From Takakia lepidozioides (lineage: Eukaryota; Plantae; Bryophyta), in NCBI GenBank assembly GCA_030704615.1, contig CM060733.1:69750001-69814000 (forward strand): a stretch of DNA of 64,000 nt, in the 5' to 3' direction. Positions 1-10,848 of the stretch are shown here, one piece after another. The position numbers and the translations under genes are program-made. Positions within the stretch are counted from its first letter, which is position 1. Every line of letters begins with the position of its first letter. A model generated the notes under the pieces. The model did not search any database and was not told the origin of the DNA. It saw only the letters and a program-made list of their open reading frames with translations.

Positions 1-134
1 GTTGCTACTGAGTCCTGCATTCAGTAGATGAGTGTAGGAATAAATGGCTGGAGGAGTTACTGGAGGAGTTACATAATGGATGCAGGAATCAATAGCAATA
101 GTAGTATATAGTTACTGATTGATTATTGCTGCTG

Positions 135-505
135 AATCCTACCTTTAGTAATTACTTACTATACTAGTGGTACTAATTCTTGCCTTTAGTAATTACTTAT
201 TCTACTAGTGGTACTGATTCCTGCCTTTAGTAATTACTTATTCTACTAGTGGTACTGATTCCTGCCTTTAGGAATTACTTATTCTACTAGTGGTCCTGAT
301 TCCTGCCTTTAGCAATTACTTACTCTACTAGTGGTACTGATTCCTGCCTTTAGCAATTACTTACTCTACTAGTGGTACTGATTCCTGCCTTTAGCAGTTA
401 CTTACTCTACTAGTAATACTAATTCCTGCCTCTAGCAATTACTTACTCTACTAGTAGTACCGATTCATGTCTTTAGCAATTACTTACTCTACTAGTGGTA
501 CTGAT
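135..505. repeat. Tandem repeat, 41-bp unit (ACTAGTGGTACTGATTCCTGCCTTTAGTAATTACTTATTCT), about 9 copies
   Basis: ACTAGTGG recurs at 163, 204, 245 and onward with a 41-bp period. Confidence 0.95.
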
Positions 506-1829
506 AGCTATCATTAGGATACTGCAGTACTGCACTAACTCCTACAAAACAAGGGCTTTATGATGTAGTAGCCCTAGTGAGTGCAACTAACACTTACACA
601 AACCAGGCCATAATATATATATACTACAACAACATATATACCTGATCCTGAAATCTTCAGAGGTCTTGTCCTACCTAGTAAGTAAGTACTCTAACAATGT
701 ACAAACTCCTAAAAAAGTAAGATACTTAAAGAAGGAGAATTCTGGTCAGTCTAACATGCTGAAAGCAAACTGTTCAGGATCTATGTAGGTTGCTGAGAAG
801 ATGGACATGCAATTGAACACAGAATTTAACAACAAGTGTAGAGAGGAGAAACCTGAGACTCTTGAAGATAGTGTGCGGCACATGTCTCATAATCTTTTGG
901 CCCCCTGCGACGTCGAGTAACATCATTTTTGTTTGGTGACACGTGATTTCTGTTGTCCACCACTCTGTTACTAGCGTCTGCACTTCTTTAGTCAACCCAT
1001 CAGCTTGCTTACTCTCCATTTGCCACAACGGTTGCCCGGACTCATCAAGAAACTTTCATCTATTCATACCTTTTGAAAGCAGCTGCGATCTACGCCAAGG
1101 ACCTTCGTAGTCAATCTTACATTCTTAGTATGGCTGGAAGTTGCCACACTACAAACAATGCTCTTGGCTCTAGCGATATCTTTTCTCTGTCTCCCTTTTA
1201 CTTTGCTCTGCCATTCTCTAATACTATGTAAGGCAATTTGGTTTGCTCTAGCTTCTTTTGCATCAAGCAATAAGTTATAAGGCATAAAGGAATGCAAGCT
1301 GTGGGTGAGAGAGAACCTTCCCCATCACAATTTTCCAAACTTGTCAATTCATCTTCAATGACATGCACAATGCTATTCAAGCAGTTACCACTGCTCGTTC
1401 GTTCCCATAGCCATCCCTCTCTTCACAACACTCCATATCGCGTTCATGAACAACCACTTCAACGTCTCTTACAGCTTTGGCAACCCTTGAATCACGCCTA
1501 CGCTTTGCTTGTTCAGCCTTTCTACTTTGCTCTTCATCACATCTCGCTGCTGCTATCCTACTTCCCTTGCCTGGCCTGACCACTCCAGTGCCTTTGCGGC
1601 TGGCGTTTCTTTTGTTGCCCATGTAGTACGCCACAAAATCCCCAACTCACATTTGTCTGCAGCCACTGCGTGCCCACGCATCTCACCATAGCCTTAGTAC
1701 GTCAACATGGCAGATATCTATATACCTATTAGTTCAGAAGTAACGGGGACAGAAACATCGACTGAAGCAGTCGTCATAAATCAAGCAACAGGAGTATCCA
1801 ACAGATGAATGTGAGTATCCATGCTTCAC

Positions 1830-3106
1830 ACATGCATCACCTCATACACAAGGGAATCAACTTGCTCCCTTCACCTTCTAGCTCTCCTCAATCTTGAAGT
1901 TGGAAGCCACACTTGGGAAGCATGCTCCACATAAGCATCACTTGCTTGATCAACCATCCACCACAAAACTTAAGCAAAAAATGAATGAATACATGAGCTT
2001 CACCTTCCCCTTCCTTGTCTTGTCACATGCTAATGTATGGTTGAAGTTGTTATGCATGCCTTGAGCCACAATCTTTTTTCTTCATGAAGACCACCTCCAA
2101 TGATCTCCCACATGTGCTCCAAGCTCTTCAATGCTCTAGGCTTGGTTTCACATCATCATGGATAGAATTTTCACCCATATGCTTCCCTTCAAACCTCTTG
2201 AGCTTCCTAATGCTCTCCAAGTGCTTGCCCTTGTTGTCTTCAAGCCCAAGCCTATGTAGCTCATTGGCTTCTCTTCCACAACATCCACAATTGAGCTTGC
2301 TTAACTCTAGATTGATAGTGAAATGAGCACTAACAATCATTTAGTTGCTCTCCACATACCATGGCATACACCATTGACTCCATAATGCATTGAAAATATT
2401 CTCAAACCCTAGAATCCATGCTTCCACACACACAAGACTTCCCTCTTGCAATCCTTGCAAATCTTGTGGCAACAAGCTCATTCTTGAGTTCTCCAACACC
2501 TTGGTGTAATACCACAAGTACTTTTCCTTGCAACCCTTGTGATCTACAAGAGCTCCATCTTTGAGCTCTCCATCTCCTTAGGGCAAAGCAATATCTCTCA
2601 AAGCCCTAACACCACAAGGATTTTCCTTTGCAATATATGCAACACCTTGCAACACAAGAGCTATCTTCCCAAGCTTTTCAACACACAAGTGCTAAACTAA
2701 CCCTTACACTCCGCACTCACAAGCATAAGGTCATCTTCTTGTAGTGATAATGAAAGTGAACACAATGGAAACACTTCACTCATGAATCCACTCAATCACA
2801 TAAACTAAGTCAAGCCAAGGGCACCCTTGCTAAGGGAATCCACCCTACAAAGCCCTCAACACACTCCCTCTCAATACCTAGAGCTATGGAGGTGAGAGAG
2901 GCTCATGGAGACTCAACTACAAGAAGATGAGCCCTCCTCAACACTCACAAGGAGAAAACCCATCCCCATGTCCCAAGTGAGGTTTGACACCTCACTTGGC
3001 ATGTGAGACCAAATGAAGTCCCAACACACAAAATACAAATATAAATATCCAAAATGTCCTAGTTAACTAGAAGTAGGTAATTCTAGTTAACCATGACTAA
3101 AACCAT
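1830..3106 (-). mobile_element. LTR fragment of the family associated with the MTase-bearing Gypsy element ('family A')
   Basis: 2745-3060 is the near reverse complement of 59384-59695 and is similar to 45170-45530; the left boundary is approximate. Confidence 0.75.
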
Positions 3107-3364
3107 CGTGGCACTTACATATAGGCTAGCCAGATGCCCTTCCAGCATAGCCATAGAAAGAAGCCACATCAACCAGATCCATCCTAATCTAATCCTAAAC
3201 TAGCTGTTACAATAAGACAACACATAATAAAGTCATAAGCTGTTGCCAGCTCATCCTCATGCACAAAGAGTAAGTTCATCCAGACTTCATCCTGGTTCCG
3301 TCCATCCCTAAATCATTTGGGGCACATCCCCCCTCCGTTCATCCAAGTCGAAAAAGAAGGTGAG
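3107..3364 (-). repeat. Partial 3' LTR of the dUTPase-Gypsy element
   Basis: About 255 bp closely matching 10034-10285; the LTR may extend to ~3700. Confidence 0.85.
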
Positions 3365-3669
3365 AAGGAATCCCAGCTCGTGAAGTTTGCTGGGGCCACT
3401 AGAAACTACGAGCTCCTGCGAGCGATGAGCTCAGGAAGAACAAAAACGAAGCCTAGCCAAAACAAACTACACACCCGACACACAAGGGATGAAAAAACCT
3501 AGGGAAGAAAACCTCACCCTGCAAGCTGGGTGGAGGACAAAACATCCCATAGGAAAATCCCAAGTGCTAAAATTGGTGTAAAAAACTAGCACGAAATGTA
3601 AAACTACGCTAAAGAAGAAGTTGCCAGGGCCTGATCACGAGCTGTCCGAGCTATGGGGGTGAAAATCAC

Positions 3670-4847
3670 CTAGCGGTTCTCAACATTCAAACAGATTAGA
3701 TCAAAAGTAAGAGTGCATGGAACAAGCAATGAAACATGAATGAGGCTAGCTAAGTGAGAAGTATAAGCATGCTGGGGAAGCAAGACATACTGCCTGCCAG
3801 GAAGAATATCAGAGATTAGGTAAGGGCCATCAATCCGACGCTTGGCCTTAGATACCTGCTTACCAGGCTGGAGCCTGACATAAACAGACTGGCCTACCTT
3901 GAATGACTCAGAATACACAACACGTCTGTTGTAATTCTTGGCCTGAGCAGCTTGGGCAAACACAATGTTAGATTTAGCTGTTTCACGCAAACTACGTCGT
4001 CGAGCATCCATGGAAAGCAAAAAGACTTCCCAATTTTCAGGCTTAGTTGCGGAGACCTGCAGCCAGGAGATATGCAAATGAGTTCTACATTTCCTACCAT
4101 ATAAAAGTTCAAAAGGAGAAATTTTGGTACTGGCATGAATAGAGGTTCGATAGGCAAACAACATGATAGACACAACAATGTCCCATTCATCTATGAGTGA
4201 CCCATTTTTCTCTAGTATCTAACACATTATCTTGTTAAAACGCTCAGTCAAGCCATTGCACTGGGGGTTATAAGGCGCAGTCACGACATGTTTAGTGTTT
4301 AGATTGAACGATACAATCTCCATAAGCTGGTTGCAGAATTATGTACCTTGATCCGTGAGGATCTCAAGAGGGCAACCATGGCGGAGAATCACCTTATCAA
4401 AGAAGAATTGTACCACCTCATCACTGTCCTTAGCGACTAGGGGTCGGAGCTCAACCCATTTAGTCAGGTAATCCGTAGCAACAACAAGGTATGCATGGCC
4501 CTTAGACGTACCCGGACAAAGGGTTCAGTAACCGGGATGGGCTGCAAAGGGAGTGGTGCTTCGGTCCTAGGTAGGATGGTCTTGGCATGATAGGGTATAC
4601 ACCTTGCAATGAAAGCTGAAACGTCCTTAGCTAAACCTTTCCAGTGATACTGTTCTTGGAGCCTTTTCACAGTTTTGGTAACCCCTAAATGACCAGCATA
4701 AGTAGAAGCATGGTACAATTCTAGCAAGGCAGGGACAACGGACCTAGGAGGGACTTCCACAGCAAGATCACCTTCCAATGCATTCACTCTGAACAACCTC
4801 CCTTCACTTTCCCGGTGGGTGGGTAAGTGATAGTTCACTTGCCTCAT
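3670..4847 (-). pseudogene. Gypsy integrase (disrupted)
   Basis: H-x5-GHLG...WKGL zinc-binding region, YRTSIHASTKISPFELLYGR, C-terminal GPY motif; split by frameshifts and stops. Confidence 0.92.
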
Positions 4848-5196
4848 GAGGAGCCTGGATATCCACTAAGGTGGGTGCCGGCTTTGCACCTGTGAAGTAG
4901 AGCATCGTAAAGAGGTTCATCCATGCCTACAACACTCATGGCCACACAATCAACAGGTTAGTGCAGGTGAGAAGAAAGTGGCAGCCCCCGTGATCTTCCT
5001 CTCATGGTTCCTGACTTCAATTTTCAGTTGGCTGCCTATGAGGAAGCAAACAGGCTATGAAGTCAGCTCAATCCCTTGGTCGGGATTAAGACTGGCTAGG
5101 GAGCGGGAGAACATGATCATGGAAAAGGTAGGGCCAAATCTTTCCTAGGCTGCAGATTGCCAACCTACCAGCATTGCCAAGTACCAAGCATGAAAT

Positions 5197-5700
5197 TTAA
5201 GGAACATCAAATTGAACTAGATCCCAAGAATCCAGCAGATCGGGAGGAACATAAGGGAAATCCAGCAGATGACATAATGCATAAGGATCAGTGACAGGTG
5301 CAGTAATAGAAGGGGAAGAAAGAACAGGAACGAGATCATCCAGAGTAGTGTAAGGGGCAGGAGGCTTAGTTTCCCCACGAGTCAATGCATCAGCATTAAA
5401 ATTATCTTTGCCTCGCTTGCAAGAGATCTGAAAACCATAACCCTGTAAAATCAGAGTCCATCTAGCCAAACGTCCAGTTAGTTCGCGAGGAGTAAGCAAG
5501 GCTTTCAAAGGCAAATGATCTGTCTCAATGGTGAAGTGGCAACCATGAAGATACTGCCTAAAATATTTAACACCAAAGATAACTGTTAAGCCCTCTTTGT
5601 CTGTGATAGAGTAGTTTTCTTTCATGTTTGTCAAGATGGCGCGAGGCATAGGCAATCGCATGTTCCTGCCCATCTTGAATTTGACTAAGCACAACAGAGA
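5197..5700 (-). pseudogene. Gypsy RNase H (disrupted)
   Basis: NYSITDKEGL, FTIETDHLPL, RLARW, NADALTR motifs. Confidence 0.92.
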
Positions 5701-5703
5701 TAG

Positions 5704-7416
5704 CTAAGTCACTAGTGTCAGTTTGCTCCCAGTGTTGCCAAGCACAACATCCATGAGCCTCTGAAAGGTGGGAATATCATTGCATAATCCAAAAGGCATA
5801 GTTTCGAACTGATACATGCCCATGCGACAGGTGAAGGCCGTTTTCTCTTTGGCTGCCGAAGTCAAGGGTACCTGCCAGAATCCAGCTGCTAGATCTAACG
5901 ACGAGAATATAGTAGCTCCATTCAATTGGTCAAGAGTCTCATTAATACGAGGCAAGGGATACACATCCTTTTTAGTGATAGCATTCAGACGTCTAAAATC
6001 AACGCAGAAGCGAGTTGAACCATCATTTTTCCCTGCTAAGACAATGGGACTGGCCCAAGGCGAGATTGAGGGTGTGATGACACCGGCGTCCAACATTTTG
6101 GTAATCTCTTCTTGAATAACCTTTCTTTCTCGCACACTCTCTCGGTAGGCATACTGTTTGAGAGGCTTACCTTCAGTGATGATATCATGGTCCAGGATGG
6201 TCGTGCGACCAAGGTCATGAGGGCCCTTGCTAAAAATATCCAGGTTATTATGGAGAAAGTCATGGAGTTGGCTGGTCTGCTGAGGTGTGAGATGCTCCCC
6301 AACCATGCTGTCTTGCAAAACCTGCTGATAATGCAGCTCTTGATCTGAGGTTAAGGGAAGACTGGCAACATGCCCGATATTGGCAACAAAGGCTTGCAGT
6401 TGGTCAAGAGGGGAATCCACCAGACCTATGTCGTGGAAGGAGAGACCTTTCGCAACAGAAGCCAACTCAGATAAAGGTGAGGTAGACAGCCTAGCTAGGA
6501 CTTGCCCCTTACGAATGGTAATGCCAATACGTTCAGGATTAGCCACCAACAGTCTCACTTCACCCTTGAAACCTCTATCAATCACTCCAGATGCAATCAA
6601 ACAATATTTTTGCAAGGTCAGCTTTTTCCAACCTTCCACCTCAATATAATGGCCTTGGGGGCAAGCAAAAGCTAGATTAGAAGGAATTACACGTTGAGAA
6701 AAAGCAGGAATGACCAAGTCGACAGGAGCTCGGAGTAGCATTGTGTTCTTGGCCACTGGCAGCGGAGGACCAGATTTCTTATCTGGCAAAGGGAACTGCC
6801 ATTGATAAAGGCAGCCCTCGGGGGCTTGAAATTGACCGAATCTGGCCCAATTGTAGTGCTGGCCTATAGTTTCCTTCATGTGCTCAGCTTGCAATTTCAA
6901 TCGAGAGTAATTGGCTAAAGAGGTACCAGCAGCCAAGGTGACAACATTGAGGTTTACCTTATAAGGCTGGCCCTCACCATTGTGTAACCACATCACATTG
7001 CCCATGATGTCCATGCTAGCCTCTGCCCCCTTCATCCAGTCAAGACCCAACAAAAGCTGCTCCCCCAAAGTGACAATAGAGGTTAGCACCACGGTCTTGC
7101 CACTGACACGGATAGGCACAGTAACCAAACCCATGGGTTCATAGGCTGTACCATCGGCTATGGTTACTTCCAGCCCTTTGGCAGGTCGTAACTTGAGGCC
7201 TAATATGCGTACAATGGAGAGTGGAATGGCAGACATGGTACAGCCTGTGTCAATCACACATGAGAAAGAAAGGTGGCCAATGTGACACTGAGTTATCAAG
7301 GGATGTATGCGTTCTCTTCTAAGCACCCTAGAGGCTTCACAATGCATGAGATTGAAATCATTGGACAAAACAGCACTAGCAACAGGTTGTGGGTTTGTAG
7401 AGAGATCGGCCGGCAT
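5704..7416 (-). pseudogene. pol N-terminal part: aspartic protease, dUTPase-like domain and truncated reverse transcriptase
   Basis: VIDTGC (protease); GVIDRGFKGEV (dUTPase motif III-like, ~6470-6790); SPWASP, RFCVDFR, DLAAGFWQV, MPFGL (RT); the YxDD region is missing after FQRLMDVVLG. Confidence 0.9.
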
Positions 7417-7438
7417 CCTTACGGACGATCTTGGTCGT

Positions 7439-8625
7439 TTAAATGGCCTTTCGGGGTTTTCTCTTTCTCATAACGATCAATGAGAGCAGGGAGTCAAGAG
7501 AGAGGTAAGGGTAGAACCTGGTGTAGTGTTCTTCGGATTTGCAAACCATGCATGCCACCACGGATAGTCTGGCTTCATACCTAGGGCCGGTGTTAGTCTT
7601 ACCCTTGTGACCAGTGTTTTGGGAGCCAGCTGCTTTCCAGTTAACCTCTGCCTTGAAGGCCTGTAGTTGACCCTGGATTTCATCACGGAAGGAGGACAAT
7701 TCATGCACAAGGGAAGGTACCAATTCTTCTGCAAGGCCTTTCACCCCAAGGTGCCCATCAGTAATCACAACATCAGTTCTTTCACTGGCCAACCTTATGT
7801 GTGTTTGATAGTGGCTGGTTTGGCAAATCCAGCCTTGGCAGCTTTAAGACGAAGGCGTTCTTCTATTAATTCAACCATTTCATCCTCAGTAGTGTAAGTC
7901 TGTTTTTGTAGAAACACTTTCTCAGCAGGGGGCAAGCCCTTTACAAAACAATGTTTCAAAATAGTAGGTCTCTCTGAGGCAATTAGAACTGACTTACAGA
8001 TTGCAGTTCGCAAGTCAGTGTAGTATTTCCACACATTGTCGCCATAATGAAATTTTAAGTCTGGTGTGGTGTAAGCTATGGGATTTTCTTCACGAAAGAG
8101 CTTGCGAGCCAATTCTCTGGCTTCTACCCAAGTAAGATCATTTTTGTCCTTGATATTGGACTCAAACAATTGCATGGCCTCTCCCTTGAGATAGATCCGA
8201 AAAGACTTTACTTGGAACCGTGGGGGAACACCATTCATTTCAGTGCTGATTTCAAAAAATTCCAAGAAGGACTCAAAATCCTCCCCTAAGTTGTACTCAG
8301 GGTATTGTTGCTTATGCATTCGCTCCCCATGGTCAGTTTTCCGTGATGTGGTATGCGGAGCTACAGTTCGTTTCAGCAACATCTTTATAAGCGGAGGGCA
8401 ATTTGAAATCACCCCCATGGCTTCACACAACTCGTCCAAATCAAATGTGGATTGAGGCACAGTCGCCGGATCCTTGTGATCTCCGGATGACTCTCCCCTT
8501 TCCGTATTATTTCTTTCATTAGTTGCTGTCTCTTCCCTCTCCTCCGCTGCACGTTTTTCCAACTCACTTAGTCCCATCGTTTCTTTTGCTTCTCTCTCTA
8601 GCATAGATCTTGTAAATACATGCAT
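7439..8625 (-). pseudogene. Gypsy gag (frameshifted) with a degenerate zinc knuckle
   Basis: Retrotransposon-gag-like YLKGEAMQLF...LTWVEA...FVKGLP; CMVCKSEEH knuckle remnant in 7439-7792. Confidence 0.8.
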
Positions 8626-8643
8626 GAGAAGAGGAGTACACGG

Positions 8644-9429
8644 CTACCTGTCCGAAGGGGCACTGAGCTTCGAATCCCACCCAGACACATAGTGAGAGGT
8701 GATGAAGCGATGCTTGTGCAGCAGGTACACTCCTTCCCCCAAGAAAGCCCACAGCTCCTCTTCACCCTTGAGCCAAAAAGTTACGATGCTGCGGACCACC
8801 TTTTCCTTCACCAACAGCGTATGGGTAGGATATCCCTTGGCTGCTTCGGCCTTGTAGAGACCTACTGTTTCACGCCGAAAACATACCCCCGGAAAGATCA
8901 ACACATCACTGGGACAAAAAGGAAAATCAGAGTCGGGAATACCAGTGATGAGCTCTTCCCAAGTGGGATCCCGGGTAGGGGCTGGTGGAATTCTAGGCCT
9001 CAAATTAGCAAGCAGAATCGATGTACCCCCTTTAACTAGTTCCCACAATCGTAGAGGGCTTGGCTTGTCAGGAGGCAAGAAGCTCTTAAGCTCTACACCC
9101 AATTCTCGACTCACTGAGAATTGTGGAATGCCCAAGACTGCCCAACTGAGTTTCTCACCACTTTCCAACTGCTCCTTGGCACTAGCAAGGGGAATCTGCA
9201 GAGTGACTTGCCTTGAATGGAGCTTGAGGAGAAGGCGTGCGACGTAGGCTCCTTGAAGAGACTCGCGAATGCACCGGCTCTGTTCCCTCTGCTCCGCTCT
9301 AGTATGTATAGGCTTGGAAGCTTCTTTGCGTGCAGTCTCCTCAAAAGTCTTGGCCCAGAACTCTAAGGGTGTGTCCAATGGGAGCTCAGGTCGCGGAATC
9401 GGCTCTCCTTCCGGATAATCGACAAACAC
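8644..9429 (-). CDS. Extra ORF (ORF0, 261 aa) between PBS and gag of the dUTPase-Gypsy element
   Basis: Open frame inside the element, in frame with gag across a single TAG at 8644-8646. Confidence 0.55.
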   Translation of the reverse strand: MFVDYPEGEPIPRPELPLDTPLEFWAKTFEETARKEASKPIHTRAEQREQSRCIRESLQGAYVARLLLKLHSRQVTLQIPLASAKEQLESGEKLSWAVLGIPQFSVSRELGVELKSFLPPDKPSPLRLWELVKGGTSILLANLRPRIPPAPTRDPTWEELITGIPDSDFPFCPSDVLIFPGVCFRRETVGLYKAEAAKGYPTHTLLVKEKVVRSIVTFWLKGEEELWAFLGEGVYLLHKHRFITSHYVSGWDSKLSAPSDR

Positions 9430-9750
9430 AAGTTGCTCAGGTAACAGGTTCCGTGCAAGTTCACAAATGTAGCGAGATTCTAACGCTTAGGTCTGACTCA
9501 AGCGCGGGACCTCAAACTGATCAAGCTCAAACCAACCGCGTTCAGAACTGGAAGCCATAGCGCTCACTTGTGAAACTCTCAAAACACAAAAAAGCTTGAG
9601 CAGGCAAACTCTCTCTCTCTCTCACTGTGCATGACATACAAGCCGTCATTTTGCCACTACCTCTCCCCTCTATCATTCAGGATCCCCCGTACGCTATCTA
9701 CTGTTCTCAAGTGTTTCATACGAGCCAAATTCCCTGTTAACGATTTCTTG

Positions 9751-9768
9751 TACCCCGCATCTCCACCA
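9751..9768 (-). promoter_or_regulatory. Primer-binding site complementary to the 3' 18 nt of tRNA-Ala
   Basis: Minus strand reads TGGTGGAGATGCGGGGTA directly after the LTR-terminal CA; matches the plant tRNA-Ala(AGC) 3' end ...TACCCCGCATCTCCA-CCA as I recall it. Confidence 0.88.
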
Positions 9769-10285
9769 TGATTCCGGCGCTATGGGTTTATTCTCCTTTC
9801 TCTACTGGACTTAATCATATCAAGGGGGATGTAGTTGATAGATGGGCCAGACAGAGAAGACGGAATCTCGCGAAGAGACGCAACAAAGTCAAACATCCAG
9901 AACACATTCATCAACACACTCAAGTACACCGTTACACCAAACGTACACTCGCTTGAGATCCAAAAGCCACCACCCTCACTGCCACGGCAGTGGAGCTTAA
10001 ATAGTATTAGGTCGTAATCTAATCCTAGTGCCACGTGGCACTTACATATAGGCCAGCCAGATGCCCTTCGAGCATAGCCATAGAAAAAGGCCACATCACC
10101 CATATCCATCCTAATCTAATCCTAAACTAGCTGTTAGAATAAGACAACACCTAATAAAGTCATAAGATGTTGCCAGCTCATCCTCATGCGCAAGGTGTAA
10201 GTTCATCCAGACTTCATCCCGTCCATCCCTAAATCATCTGGGGCACATCCCCCCTCCGTTCATCCAAGTCGAAAAAGAAGGTGAG
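9769..10285 (-). repeat. 5' LTR (truncated) of the dUTPase-Gypsy element
   Basis: Ends in CA adjacent to the PBS; shares about 255 bp with 3107-3364. Confidence 0.85.
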
Positions 10286-10848
10286 CAGCTCACAGGCCAC
10301 CGTCCCTCTTTATTCATAATTATAAAAAAAAAAAAAAAAACAACCTTTCAGCGCTTGGGTCCGAGGTATTGCCAGGCGGGTGGCGAAACCCCGACCCTGC
10401 ACGTTGACGTTGGTGAGAGTAGAAGCGTGCAGGATGGGTTCGAGCATCGTGTCCGATGCCTAATAACCTGCAGAAGCAAACCCTGGGGATTTCTGGAGCA
10501 ATTCCTGAGAATCCCAACAGCCCACAGCAATAATTTCGGAGTTGGGGATCTAAGAACATTTTTGTGGGCTGGACTGATGACCCACAGTGTGTATTTTTCC
10601 TCTGCATACTGTCTGTGAGCTCCGTGGTTGGATTGCAGGTGTGGGTTTCTTGAGATCTGTGATCCATCTCTCTGAGGAGGGTAGCAGACCTGTGGATTGT
10701 TTTCGTGAGGAGGTAAGAGCAGCGGTTCGAAGTTTGGTGGCTTGTGAGTTTTTTTTTGAGATGGCCGGGGGCACTGAGAAGTAGCAGAGTCGCGGGTGGA
10801 GGGCTCCAGTAGCGCGCTGCCTTGAAAGGCCGGGGGCGGGGGCCTTCC

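Larger units (their letters stand above)
3107..10285 (-). mobile_element. Degenerate Ty3/Gypsy LTR retrotransposon: ORF0-gag-PR-dUTPase-RT-RH-INT
   Basis: Direct repeats at 3107-3364 and 10034-10285; PBS at 9751-9768; Gypsy domain order in the minus-strand ORFs. Confidence 0.93.

Noticed and set aside
135-505. CRISPR array
   Set aside because: Pure tandem repeat with no unique spacers.
774-1634. Short minus-strand ORFs that may be a decayed transposon gene
   Set aside because: No recognisable motifs, so no call can be supported.
9751-9768. tRNA-Ala gene
   Set aside because: Only the 3' 18 nt including CCA are present, which makes it a PBS.
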